Source: Candidatus Pampinifervens sinense | Lineage (GTDB): Bacteria; Aquificota; Aquificia; Aquificales; Aquificaceae | Direction of reading: 5' to 3' | Length of the DNA: 64,000 bases | Assembly (NCBI GenBank): GCA_037927135.1 | Contig: JAXSPP010000001.1 | Span: 64,001 to 128,000, forward strand | Part shown: positions 9,697-18,438 of the stretch, in pieces | How the letters are laid out: each line of letters begins with the position of its first letter | Position numbering within the stretch: the stretch's first letter is position 1 | Notes under the pieces: generated by a model | Seen by the model: the letters and a program-made list of their open reading frames with translations, nothing else | Database searches by the model: none | What the model was told of the DNA's origin: nothing | Made by a program: the position numbers and the translations under genes

Positions 9697-11418
9697 TCAT
9701 TTTGCAAGGACCCTTTCTACCTCAGCCAAAGAAGTGATCCCCTTTCTAACCTTCAATATACCAGCTTCATATAGCGTTCTCATGCCCTTTTTACGGGCAA
9801 GGTCTCTTATATCCTCGGCAGTAGCACCCTTCACTATAAGCTTCCTTATCTCCTCATCTACCTCCAATATTTCATGCACCGCAGTCCTACCTTTGTAACC
9901 CGATCCGTTGCAAAACTCACAACCTTTAGGGTTTGCCCTGTATATGACTATGTCCTCATCTGGGCTGTTAAGAACGCCCAACCTATATAGAACTTCTCTT
10001 GGAGTATCATCTACAAGCTTACACCTTGGACAAAGCTTTCTTATCAACCTTTGGGCAACTATAAGGATTACGGAAGATCCTACAAGGAAAGGTTCTATTC
10101 CCATGTCTACAAGCCTTGTAATGCTAGATGGTGCATCGTTGGTGTGCAAGGTGGAAAAGACAAGATGTCCCGTAAGAGCTGCCCTTATGCCTATCTCTGC
10201 AGTCTCCGTATCCCTTATTTCACCTATAAGGATTATGTCTGGGTCTTGTCTAAGAAAGGCCCGCAAGACTGTGGCAAAGTCCAAGCCTATTTTTTCATTT
10301 ATCTGCACTTGGTTTAAACCTGGTATGGCAACCTCTACAGGATCTTCAACGGTCATTATGTTTACATCTGGACTGTTCCTCTCCATAAGGGCTGCATATA
10401 GGGTGGTGGTTTTTCCAGAGCCCGTTGGCCCTGTAACCAGTATCATACCCCATGGTGTCCATATGGCCCTTCTGAACTTTTCAAGGTCATCGGGTTCAAA
10501 GCCCAGATCTTCAAGCCTCACATTCAAGTACTTTTCTGCCTCCTGTATTCTCATAACTATCTTCTCCCCGTATACAGTTGGCACTGTAGAAACTCTCAGG
10601 TCTACCTTCTTCCCCTTATACCTCGTTCTTATCCTTCCATCTTGAGGGCGCCTTTTTTCTGAAATGTCAAGGTTGGCCATTATCTTATATCGTACGGTAA
10701 GAGAATCTTTTATCCTTATAGGAAATTCGTGGTATATCTTTAGAATACCATCCACTCTGTACCTTACTATCAACTTCTTCTCTTGAGGTTCTATATGAAT
10801 GTCTGAAGCACCAAGGTTTACAGCCTCAGCTATAAGGTAGTTTGCTAACTTTACAATTGGGCCCTCTCCAGATTCTGTGGCCAATACCTCAAGGGGTATT
10901 TCGGGTTGGGAAGCTTCTATTTCTAGCTCTTCACCAAGCTCCATGCCTTCCACAATCTTATCTATTGGAGGGTAAAGCTTGTCAAGAATGGTATCTATAA
11001 TCTTCTTTGTGCTCACGCGAGGAATTATGGCATCTATCTTTGTTCTAAATTTGAGCTCGTTTATAGCACTCTGATTAAAAGGATTTATCATAGCTACGTA
11101 TAATTTTTTAACCTTTCCATCCGTATCGCTCTCATATTTTATCGGAGCTATGCTATACTTTCTTAAAAGATTCTCTGGCAATTTATCCTTTACTTCATCG
11201 GGTATATTTATATCCTCTGGACCACCTAGCCATAACCATTCCTTTCTTAAGTATTTTTGGTAAAAATCCAAAAGCTTTGTATCATCCAAAAAACCCAGTC
11301 TGTATAGAGCGCTTATTATATCCTCGTCTTTTTCCTTTTCCCTATAAGCCTTTACCGCATCCTCCCTCTTTACATAGCCCAACTTTACAAGGTTTTCTAA
11401 AAGCCCCCTTTCATCCAT
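9697..11418 (-). CDS. pilB: Type IV pilus assembly ATPase PilB/GspE
   Basis: ASDIHIEP, GPTGSGKTTT, TVEDPVE, LRQDPD, TGHLVFSTLHTN and a tetracysteine motif. Confidence 0.9.
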   Translation of the reverse strand: MDERGLLENLVKLGYVKREDAVKAYREKEKDEDIISALYRLGFLDDTKLLDFYQKYLRKEWLWLGGPEDINIPDEVKDKLPENLLRKYSIAPIKYESDTDGKVKKLYVAMINPFNQSAINELKFRTKIDAIIPRVSTKKIIDTILDKLYPPIDKIVEGMELGEELEIEASQPEIPLEVLATESGEGPIVKLANYLIAEAVNLGASDIHIEPQEKKLIVRYRVDGILKIYHEFPIRIKDSLTVRYKIMANLDISEKRRPQDGRIRTRYKGKKVDLRVSTVPTVYGEKIVMRIQEAEKYLNVRLEDLGFEPDDLEKFRRAIWTPWGMILVTGPTGSGKTTTLYAALMERNSPDVNIMTVEDPVEVAIPGLNQVQINEKIGLDFATVLRAFLRQDPDIILIGEIRDTETAEIGIRAALTGHLVFSTLHTNDAPSSITRLVDMGIEPFLVGSSVILIVAQRLIRKLCPRCKLVDDTPREVLYRLGVLNSPDEDIVIYRANPKGCEFCNGSGYKGRTAVHEILEVDEEIRKLIVKGATAEDIRDLARKKGMRTLYEAGILKVRKGITSLAEVERVLAK

Positions 11419-12211
11419 AGCTTTCCTCTTCAGAAGGGAATATACCCTTTTCCACCTCCTCTTTAAAAGCCATAAGAGCCCTTCTGAAGAGCTCAGCCCC
11501 TTCCAAATACCTTTTTACAAACTTAGGTTTTATGTCTTCCACCAGACCCACAAGGTCATAAAAAACGAGCACCTGTCCATCACAGTAAGGACCAGCTCCT
11601 ATACCTATAGTAATAGCCTTTGAACTCTCCGTTATCTCCCTTGCCAGGGTTGTTGGCATACTTTCCAAAACCACCATAAAAGCTCCCGCTTCTTCCAAAG
11701 CTTTAAAATCCCTTTTCACCCTTTGGGCTTCCTCTTCTGCTTTCCCCACCACCCTGTAGCCCCCTAGGGCATGTACGCTTTGCGGTGTAAAGCCTATATG
11801 ACCTACAACGGGTATGCCTATGTTTACAAGCCTGTATACGAGCTCTGCCACCTCCTCACCCCCTTCTATCTTTACCGCGTTAGCACCCGTTTCTTTCATA
11901 ACTCTTCCACAGTTCCTTATGGCCTCCTCAAGGCTAACCTGATAGCTCATAAAGGGCATGTCTACTATCACAAAGCTTTCCCTTGCTCCCCTCCTTACAG
12001 CCTTTGCATGGTATATCATATCCTCAAGGGTTACTGGCAGAGTAGAATCAAGGCCTTGGAAGACCATACCTAAGGAATCACCTACCAGTATGCAGTCTAT
12101 ACCCACCTGTTCGCACAGCTTTGCAGAAAGATAGTCATAGGTAGATATCATGGTGATCTTTCTCCCCTCCCTCTTCTTCTTAAAAAGTGTTCTTATCGTT
12201 ATACCTTCCAT
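11411..12211 (-). CDS. panB: 3-methyl-2-oxobutanoate hydroxymethyltransferase
   Basis: LVGDSLGM, DMPFMSY, KIEGG and GIGAG..CDGQVLV. Confidence 0.97.
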   Translation of the reverse strand: MEGITIRTLFKKKREGRKITMISTYDYLSAKLCEQVGIDCILVGDSLGMVFQGLDSTLPVTLEDMIYHAKAVRRGARESFVIVDMPFMSYQVSLEEAIRNCGRVMKETGANAVKIEGGEEVAELVYRLVNIGIPVVGHIGFTPQSVHALGGYRVVGKAEEEAQRVKRDFKALEEAGAFMVVLESMPTTLAREITESSKAITIGIGAGPYCDGQVLVFYDLVGLVEDIKPKFVKRYLEGAELFRRALMAFKEEVEKGIFPSEEESYG

Positions 12212-12213
12212 AG

Positions 12214-12528
12214 TTATCCTTCCTTCTTTTCTACCGGTACTTCCTCAAACTCCTTTAAAAGCTCAAGGACCTTTCCTATGGTCTCTTGCATAGCCTTTAT
12301 GTCCGATAGGTCCCTCATCTCTTTAACCAGCTTAAGAAGGTGTTCTAAAAGCTCCTCTTTGTGCGGGCCGTTCCCTACCCTAATCTGATAGGCGGAAGCA
12401 GTAATGGGGTGTATTATGGCGTTGACTATAATCCTAGCATTGAGGCGATCTTGAACTTGCATAAGCTCCTCTAACTCCTTCTGAACCTTTTTAAGCAGGT
12501 TTATACCGATTTCAAACTCTTTAGTCAT
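12214..12528 (-). CDS. Hypothetical helical protein
   Basis: Typical codon usage, GGAG RBS, tightly packed in the operon; no motif recognised. Confidence 0.7.
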   Translation of the reverse strand: MTKEFEIGINLLKKVQKELEELMQVQDRLNARIIVNAIIHPITASAYQIRVGNGPHKEELLEHLLKLVKEMRDLSDIKAMQETIGKVLELLKEFEEVPVEKKEG

Positions 12529-12565
12529 AAGACTCCTCCAACTAGAATTTATGGATTTAAAAATT

Positions 12566-12976
12566 TTACCATCTTTTTAGATAGTCCTCCAATATCCTGC
12601 CATGGTCAAAACACATGCTCTCCAAGGGAAGGTCTTCCAGCCTGAATATCCTTACCTTCTTTGCATCGTCTCCAGCCTTTGGAACTCCTTCTGCATCGCA
12701 CACAAAGACCACAGAAACCACATGAAAACGCGGATCCCTTTTAGGGTCCGAATAGACTCCAAAGAGCCTGTTTATTTTAGCATCCAGTCCAGTCTCTTCC
12801 TTTACTTCCCTTAGCACTGCAGATTCTACACTCTCTCCAATCTCTACAAAACCACCGGGCAAGGCAAGGCCGTAAGGCGGGTATAGCCTCTCTATCAGGA
12901 CCAAGCCCTTAAAGTTTTTCCCTTCCCAAAGTCTTAGGATAGCGTCTACAGCCAAGTAAGGTGTTTTTATCTCCAT
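12566..12976 (-). CDS. Nudix hydrolase (ADP-ribose pyrophosphatase-like)
   Basis: Nudix box GGFVEIGESVESAVLREVKEETGL and RDPRFH. Confidence 0.92.
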   Translation of the reverse strand: MEIKTPYLAVDAILRLWEGKNFKGLVLIERLYPPYGLALPGGFVEIGESVESAVLREVKEETGLDAKINRLFGVYSDPKRDPRFHVVSVVFVCDAEGVPKAGDDAKKVRIFRLEDLPLESMCFDHGRILEDYLKRW

Positions 12977-12985
12977 AGCAATATT

Positions 12986-13462
12986 TTAAAAACTGTTGGC
13001 CTCATCCTTTAATTTTCTGAGGACTTCAAGCATCTCTTTAAACTTCTCATCGAACATCCTTCTTATCTTCTTTGCCTGCCCTAGGGTAACTGTGTAGGGC
13101 AGTATTTTCCTTAAGATTGGGTTCTTAAGGGGTGTAAAGCCATAGCTTATTAGCACATCAAGGGCCTTTGGAAACCTTCTTAAAAGCTCTCCAACGTTGG
13201 TATTCTCATCTATTTCAAACTCCTCTTCATGAGCCTCTTCCTTCATCACTACCTTACTGCTACGCCATATCCTAAGAAGATACCCTTCTTCCGTTTCCTT
13301 GAGCTCATAATCATAGCCCAGCTCCTTTAGCCTTGGAAGTAGGTAAGTGAAGGGCCTTGAACCCAAAACCTCTAAAACCTCCCCTTCTTTCAAGTTTTCA
13401 AGGGCTTGAGCTACCTTAACCATAGGTTGAGGTGGCTCTAGGTCCCTAACATCCAATCTCAT
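12986..13462 (-). CDS. DUF2249 (TusA-like) + DUF1858 fusion protein
   Basis: N-terminal LDVRDLEPPQPM; C-terminal VGELLRRFP..LDVL..YGF..L.NP. Confidence 0.72.
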   Translation of the reverse strand: MRLDVRDLEPPQPMVKVAQALENLKEGEVLEVLGSRPFTYLLPRLKELGYDYELKETEEGYLLRIWRSSKVVMKEEAHEEEFEIDENTNVGELLRRFPKALDVLISYGFTPLKNPILRKILPYTVTLGQAKKIRRMFDEKFKEMLEVLRKLKDEANSF

Positions 13463-13469
13463 GCTCTAA

Positions 13470-13673
13470 CTATCCACCAGATATGGCGTTTATCACCCTC
13501 ACCTCTTCCCCGTCCTCTATAAAGTCTCTCTCCTCCAATATCTCCTCACCCTTTACTACAAAGGCGTATTCCCTTGAGAGGCCAAGGGCCCTCAATAGAT
13601 CCAATGCTGTTATCCTATCCTTTTCAAACTCCAGCTCCCTTATCTGTCCTCTGTAGTGCACCTTTACCTTCAT
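13470..13673 (-). CDS. Ubiquitin-like sulfur carrier, TtuB/ThiS/MoaD family (most like TtuB)
   Basis: 67 aa, V.GEE.L segment and C-terminal AISGG di-glycine. Confidence 0.82.
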   Translation of the reverse strand: MKVKVHYRGQIRELEFEKDRITALDLLRALGLSREYAFVVKGEEILEERDFIEDGEEVRVINAISGG

Positions 13674-14551
13674 GCTTTCAAAGCTCCTTTTATGCCTTCA
13701 TAAACCATAAGTGTGGCCTTTGACTTATTTAAAGTATAAAAGTGAAGGCCCGGAACATCATTCTCCAAGAGGTCCAGGCACTGTTCTATAGCAAACTCCA
13801 CACCTATCTTTAGCGTCTCTTCCGGGTTGTCTGCGTAAGGCTCTAGTCTTTCTATAAGCCTTTGGGGTATGGTGGCACCGCACATACTGGCAAACTTTTG
13901 CACCTGCCTGAAGTTGGTTATGGGCATTATGCCCGGTATAATGGGTATGTCTATTCCAGCCTTTTGGCAGAGCTCTATAAACTCATAGTAGTAGTGGTTT
14001 TCAAAGAACATCTGTGTTATGGAGAAGTCTGCACCTGCCTCTACCTTTCTTTTGAAGTACTTTATCTCCCACTCCATGTTGGGAGATTCAGGATGGCCTT
14101 CTGGGTAAGAGGCCACACCTATGGAAAACCACTCTCCGTAGTTTTCCCTTATTAGCCTTACGAGCTGGTCTGCATGTTTGCAAGCATCTTCCGGTGGCCT
14201 AAAGTCTGGCATATTGGCGGGTATGTCCCCCCTTAAGGCCAAAAGGTTTTCTATGCCTATACTTTTGTATTCTCCTATTATCTGTAAGAGCTCCTCTCTG
14301 CTGTGAGCGATGCAAGTAAGGTGGGCCATAACTGTAAGGTCTGTCTCCTTGTGTATCCTTTCTACAACCCTCCTTGTCCTGTCCCTTGTGCTTCCACCCG
14401 CCCCGTAGGTAACGGAAACAAAGGATGGGTTTATGCTCCTCAGGCTTTTTATAGTTTGAAAGAGCTCCTCTTCTCCCTCTGGAGTCTTTGGTGGGAAGAA
14501 CTCAAAGGATATGCTAAAGTTGCCCTCCTTTAGATACTGCCCTATCTTCAA
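13670..14551 (-). CDS. metF: 5,10-methylenetetrahydrofolate reductase
   Basis: [26 protein letters not shown] and HFYTLN. TTG start at 14551 follows GGAGG. Confidence 0.96.
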   Translation of the reverse strand: MKIGQYLKEGNFSISFEFFPPKTPEGEEELFQTIKSLRSINPSFVSVTYGAGGSTRDRTRRVVERIHKETDLTVMAHLTCIAHSREELLQIIGEYKSIGIENLLALRGDIPANMPDFRPPEDACKHADQLVRLIRENYGEWFSIGVASYPEGHPESPNMEWEIKYFKRKVEAGADFSITQMFFENHYYYEFIELCQKAGIDIPIIPGIMPITNFRQVQKFASMCGATIPQRLIERLEPYADNPEETLKIGVEFAIEQCLDLLENDVPGLHFYTLNKSKATLMVYEGIKGALKA

Positions 14552-14861
14552 GCAAGGCCTCCGCAAAGTTTATAAGCTTTATTTTACACGGAGTGGGGGA
14601 CTTTATGAACATGCTTAAAAGGCTTATAAGCTTTTCTACGCTTTCCGGCTGTTCCTTAACAAAACTTTCTAGAAACTCCAAACTGTCTTCTATTTCAAAG
14701 CTAAGGTCCTTTGTGGCCTTGACCTCCTCCAAGCTTTTTCCTTCTTTGAAGGCCCTTAGGGCCTTTATGGTCCTGCTTATAAGATCATCCCTGCTCTTTG
14801 CCCACCTTAGGTCCGTATGCTTTAAAGTTATCTCAAAGAAGGCCCTAAGGACCTGTTCCAT
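14514..14861 (-). CDS. Conserved hypothetical protein
   Basis: Packed in the operon with typical composition; no motif recognised. Confidence 0.65.
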   Translation of the reverse strand: MEQVLRAFFEITLKHTDLRWAKSRDDLISRTIKALRAFKEGKSLEEVKATKDLSFEIEDSLEFLESFVKEQPESVEKLISLLSMFIKSPTPCKIKLINFAEALLEDRAVSKGGQL

Positions 14862-14865
14862 AAGC

Positions 14866-15162
14866 TCAGCTAAGTTCCTTCAGATCCTTTATAAGCTGGT
14901 CCACCTCTATAGCAGGCATGGTGAGAGTTCTTATGGTTCCCCTTGAACCGAGCTCTATGGCCATCTTTACCACAGTGTCGTTGTCTGGTGCCTCTATTAT
15001 GTTCACAAAGTCATAGGGTCCCATAACGGCATACTGGGCCAAAATCTTTACACCAAACCTCTCCATTACCTCTTTGTCCACCTCCTTTATCCTCTCTGGT
15101 CTGTGCTTTAGTGTTTTCATTCCCTCATCGGTTAAGGTAGTGAGCATCACATAGATGGGCAT
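14866..15162 (-). CDS. GYD-domain protein
   Basis: T.EGMK.LK..P.R and MGPYDFV.I.EAPD pattern; strong GGAGGTG RBS. Confidence 0.85.
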   Translation of the reverse strand: MPIYVMLTTLTDEGMKTLKHRPERIKEVDKEVMERFGVKILAQYAVMGPYDFVNIIEAPDNDTVVKMAIELGSRGTIRTLTMPAIEVDQLIKDLKELS

Positions 15163-15188
15163 GGCACCACCTCCTAAGTTTTTTTATT

Positions 15189-15217
15189 ATCATAAGTCTT
15201 TGAGCTTGATTTGTCAA
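15189..15217 (-). promoter_or_regulatory. Sigma-70 promoter for the GYD-metF operon
   Basis: Minus strand TTGACA-17 nt-TATGAT. Confidence 0.7.
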
Positions 15218-15244
15218 AGGGTTGTGAGGGTGTGTCAAAAATAG

Positions 15245-15437
15245 CCCGTGCCTTCAACAGATTGGTCCCATTTCCTGAGATGGGGACTGGTACCCTCCTT
15301 GGGTATCCCCACAAGCCCTGAAAGAGAATATCATTTCAAAGTCTTTTATAGGCATATCTCATAGCCGAGGAACATCTTCTCATGAGGTTTAAAACTTTTT
15401 AGGTAAGGTGGATTTTTGAAACACCTTTACTTACCTA
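15245..15437 (-). mobile_element. Internally deleted IS200/IS605 (TnpB-like) remnant
   Basis: Minus strand 15398-15336 encodes KVLNLMRRCSSAMRYAYKRL*, resembling a TnpB/Cas12f-like N-terminus. Upstream imperfect hairpin at 15400-15437; further hairpins at about 15264-15308. Confidence 0.55.
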
Positions 15438-15466
15438 TTTTGTCTTATTCTTATAATGAGAAACAT

Positions 15467-15974
15467 ACGCCGGGTGAGAAATTAGGCCTCAATTTCACCC
15501 ATCCTGTAATAGTTATATCCAATAGCATAAGCATATACATACGCAAGCACACAAGTTAAAGTCCTCCACCCACTACCAGCATTAAAAAGCTTTATCTGAC
15601 TTATAACACCTTAAACAATCACACCTTCACAACCCCTATAACCCCTATCTCCATACATCCCACAGTTTATTTCCCTCTCTGAATGCCCTAACCTCATGCA
15701 CACTTCCAAAGCTCATTCACACATCATAAACTTTCCCATCCCTATCACATAACACCATCATCAACATGCCATATTTGACCTCCTCAAACTCCACCATCTT
15801 CCCATTGTCTCTCCGAACTATCTTCTTTGCCCACCATACTTTATCCTTTACCCTCCTTATCTTCTGTGTCCTCGTAAAAACCTCTAATGGTTTTTAGTGC
15901 TACTATTATAGTAGCCCTGCTGTCTTTTTATTGATATGGAAGGTTTGGCTTAAAGGGAATTTCTCACCCGGCGT
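15467..15974 (-). mobile_element. Degenerate, internally deleted IS (IS982-like DDE family), 508 bp
   Basis: Perfect 17-bp TIRs (ACGCCGGGTGAGAAATT at 15467-15483, reverse complement at 15958-15974). Interior holds broken transposase fragments: ...KYGMLMMVLCDRDGKVYDV*, YGDRGYRG, and GVISQIKLFN...AYAIGYNYYRMGEIEA* whose stop lies at the TIR. Confidence 0.85.
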
Positions 15975-16056
15975 GTATATAATAGCAATTATATTAACAT
16001 TATGGATAAAAAGATGGGGGCATATTAGAGCCTCTTGTGTTAGAGTGATTGATTTC

Positions 16057-16263
16057 TTATTCCTCTACTTCCTTCAAAACTTCTTCAAGATAAGCCTTTA
16101 AGCTTTTTAAACCCTCAGGATCAAATTTCCCATCCACTACCACGATTATTTCATAATCCACAATGACCACTCCCACGTTTGAAACACTAAAGTTTTTCTT
16201 TATGTAATCCATATGCTCTAATAGAAGAGTTTTAGCTTTTGAAAGCTTTTCCTCCTTAGTCAT
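16057..16263 (-). CDS. Small protein resembling a degenerate minimal nucleotidyltransferase (MNT)
   Basis: IKKNFSV..VGV and LKAYLEEVL resemble MNT termini, but GS/DxD is absent. Coupled to spoVG. Confidence 0.5.
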   Translation of the reverse strand: MTKEEKLSKAKTLLLEHMDYIKKNFSVSNVGVVIVDYEIIVVVDGKFDPEGLKSLKAYLEEVLKEVEE

Positions 16264-16523
16264 GAAAGACTCTCTTTATAACGGTCCACCACCACCCTCC
16301 TTATCTTTTCCAAAAGCTCCCTATCCTCTATCTCCACTATAGCCCTTCTACTCTCTGGGCTAAACTCAGGCATAACTATAAAAAGCCCTCCGTTTTTGGC
16401 TTCATATAGCCTTATACCCCTTATAAGTATTTTGCCATCAAGCCTTACATCCGCATAGGCCAATATCCTCGGCCTCTTTGAAGATACTTCAAAGGGATAA
16501 AAATTAACCAGTTCTACCTTCAC
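16260..16523 (-). CDS. spoVG: SpoVG-family nucleic-acid-binding protein
   Basis: LAYADVRLD..I.IRGIRL...NGGLFIVMP. Confidence 0.8.
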   Translation of the reverse strand: MKVELVNFYPFEVSSKRPRILAYADVRLDGKILIRGIRLYEAKNGGLFIVMPEFSPESRRAIVEIEDRELLEKIRRVVVDRYKESLS

Positions 16524-17026
16524 CTTTGTTTTTGAAGTTTGGCATACCTTTCAAGGGCCAAACGCCTTCTTAAGCCATTTACCCTGTCTATAAAGGTTAT
16601 ACCTTCTAAGTGGTCCATCTCATGCTGGAAAACTATGGCTGGGAAGCCTTCCAGATGGTATATATGCTCTTCTCCATTCTCGTTAAGGGCTTTTACCTTC
16701 ACACTCTTATACCTCTCCACCTCTACTGTAAGGCCCGGAAAGGAAAGACAACCTTCTTTATACTTTGTAGTACCTTGGGCTTCTATAACTTCTGGATTTA
16801 TCAAAACCAGCTTTAAAGGTGGGCTTTCTTTTTTTGGAGTGGTATCTATTACCATAACCCTAAGGCTAACACCTATCTGGTTTGCAGCAAGCCCAACGCC
16901 TTCCGCGTGGTACATAGTTTCAAACATATCCCTAATAAGGTCTTTTATCTCCTTATCTATAACGTCCACCTTCTGCGTGGGCGTCTTTAGTATGGGGTGT
17001 GGAAATCTCACTATGTCCCTTACCAT
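16520..17026 (-). CDS. def: Peptide deformylase
   Basis: GVGLAANQIG, EGCLSFP and QHEMDHLEG. Confidence 0.97.
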   Translation of the reverse strand: MVRDIVRFPHPILKTPTQKVDVIDKEIKDLIRDMFETMYHAEGVGLAANQIGVSLRVMVIDTTPKKESPPLKLVLINPEVIEAQGTTKYKEGCLSFPGLTVEVERYKSVKVKALNENGEEHIYHLEGFPAIVFQHEMDHLEGITFIDRVNGLRRRLALERYAKLQKQR

Positions 17027-17074
17027 AGGAATAAAAGTTTATACCTTTACTTTTACCTTTCAAGTGCTTTAATG

Positions 17075-17100
17075 GTTGCAACAGTGTTGCAACATGCAAC
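17075..17100. promoter_or_regulatory. Palindromic upstream activator site (putative bEBP enhancer)
   Basis: GTTGCAACA-G-TGTTGCAAC perfect palindrome (17075-17093) overlapping GTTGCA-ACA-TGCAAC (17086-17100), about 70-90 bp upstream of a sigma-54 site. Confidence 0.65.
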
Positions 17101-17166
17101 TCAATAGACTAAACCTTCACTTAAGAAAAAGCTTGAATTTAAGCCAATTTAGAAAAAAGAAAAGAA

Positions 17167-17182
17167 TGGCATGCTTATTGCA
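17167..17182 (+). promoter_or_regulatory. Sigma-54 (-24/-12) promoter
   Basis: TGGCATGCTTATTGCA matches TGGCAC-N5-TTGCA with exact GG-N10-GC spacing. Confidence 0.85.
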
Positions 17183-17219
17183 TATATAGAAATTGAAAAC
17201 CTTTAAAGGAGGTGTAGCG

Positions 17220-17561
17220 ATGGCCACACTTAGCAAGCTAAAAGAGCTTATGTCTATACCAGGAGCAATAGCGGCAGGAGAGTTTTCCGACGATGGCAGG
17301 CTTCTCGCCTACTATGGCAACATTGACGAGAAGTCTGCAGAGATAGCCGCCATGATGTGCGCGGCCAACAAGCTTATGGGTAATATGCAGGCAAAGGGCT
17401 GGAGCGCATATACGGGACAGGGTGGCTTTTATCCTGTTTGTGGCTTTGCTGTAGCCGGTGGCAAGTATGCTGCCTGCATAATGGGCAATGTGGGAGTTTT
17501 TGTAGAGCTTGATAAAGCAGACTTTGACAAGACCTTTGAAATCCTTTCCAAATACATCTAA
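17220..17561 (+). CDS. DUF2173-family protein (paralog 1)
   Basis: LM.IPGAIAAGEF..DG and A.MCAAN..M..MQ pattern; start follows AAAGGAGGTG. Confidence 0.8.
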   Translation: MATLSKLKELMSIPGAIAAGEFSDDGRLLAYYGNIDEKSAEIAAMMCAANKLMGNMQAKGWSAYTGQGGFYPVCGFAVAGGKYAACIMGNVGVFVELDKADFDKTFEILSKYI

Positions 17562-17576
17562 AAGGAGGTAAAAGCC

Positions 17577-17912
17577 ATGGCAAACCTTGACAGGCTTATG
17601 CAAATTAAAGGTGTTTGGGCGGCAGGTGAGTTTACCAACGACGGAAAGCTTGTAGCTTATAAGGGCAACATATCCGAAGAGCAGGCTGCAATGGCCGCTG
17701 AGATGTGCGCAGCCAACAACGCTATGGCAAAGATGCAGTGCGACGGATATACAGCCTTTTCTGGCCAGGAGTGGACACCACTGCATGGGTGGGCCCTTAC
17801 CGGTCCCAAGTACTCTGTGTGTGTAATGGGTAATGTGGGTGTGTTTGTAAATAACGACGAAGTGTCTTTCAACGAAGTATTTAAGGCGTTGAGGGAAGAG
17901 GCAGGGAGGTAG
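17577..17912 (+). CDS. DUF2173-family protein (paralog 2)
   Basis: Clear paralog of the preceding ORF (AAGEF..DG, MCAAN, MGNVGVFV); AAAGGAGGT RBS. Confidence 0.8.
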   Translation: MANLDRLMQIKGVWAAGEFTNDGKLVAYKGNISEEQAAMAAEMCAANNAMAKMQCDGYTAFSGQEWTPLHGWALTGPKYSVCVMGNVGVFVNNDEVSFNEVFKALREEAGR

Positions 17913-17919
17913 GCCGTAG

Positions 17920-17949
17920 GGGGAAGGCTCCGAGCCTTCCCCTTTTTTT
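17920..17949 (+). terminator. Intrinsic terminator
   Basis: GGGGAAGGCT-CCG-AGCCTTCCCC followed by T7. Confidence 0.9.
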
Positions 17950-17970
17950 ATTACTTTTTGGGAGGCAAGA

Positions 17971-18351
17971 ATGTATAAATTTCTTTCTGAAGATTGGATA
18001 AGAGCTTACGCGGAAGAATGGAACAAAAACGAAAAATTAAAATCGGACCTTAGGGATTTTTCCGCAAGTATAAAATACTATGTGGAGGGGAAGGAAGGAG
18101 AAGCTGTAGAACTCATTGTAGAAAAGGGCATAGCAAAATCTGCAGGGAAGGCCAACTCTCAAAGCTATGATTTTGAACTTTGGGCAAGCCCAGAAAACTG
18201 GAAAAAACTCGCCACCGGAGAGATGGGGCCACGTGCTGCCATGTTAACAAAAAGGCTGAAGTTTAAAGGTTCTATGATAACAGCTATGAAATATATGTCT
18301 GCTTTTGAAGAAAGCCTTAGGATGATGTCTAAGGTGCCAACATTGTGGTAG
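17971..18351 (+). CDS. SCP2 sterol/lipid-binding domain protein
   Basis: FLSEDW, W..L..GE.GP..AMLT.RLKFKG.M..AMKY. Confidence 0.8.
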   Translation: MYKFLSEDWIRAYAEEWNKNEKLKSDLRDFSASIKYYVEGKEGEAVELIVEKGIAKSAGKANSQSYDFELWASPENWKKLATGEMGPRAAMLTKRLKFKGSMITAMKYMSAFEESLRMMSKVPTLW

Positions 18352-18356
18352 TTTAA

Positions 18357-18429
18357 ATAGTGGCAGGGTGTTTCTTCTGTTCCATGTGCATATTTTACAG
18401 GTGTCCGTTTGGTTAAGCCCTGCCACTAT
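18357..18429. repeat. 12-bp perfect inverted repeat enclosing 49 bp (mini-element or bidirectional terminator)
   Basis: ATAGTGGCAGGG (18357-18368) and CCCTGCCACTAT (18418-18429) between convergent genes. Confidence 0.7.
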
Positions 18430-18438
18430 ACGCCTTCT

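Noticed and set aside
15226-15240. GAGGGTGTGTCAAAA resembling a solo IS end
   Set aside because: No partner inverted copy was seen and it is too short to support by eye.
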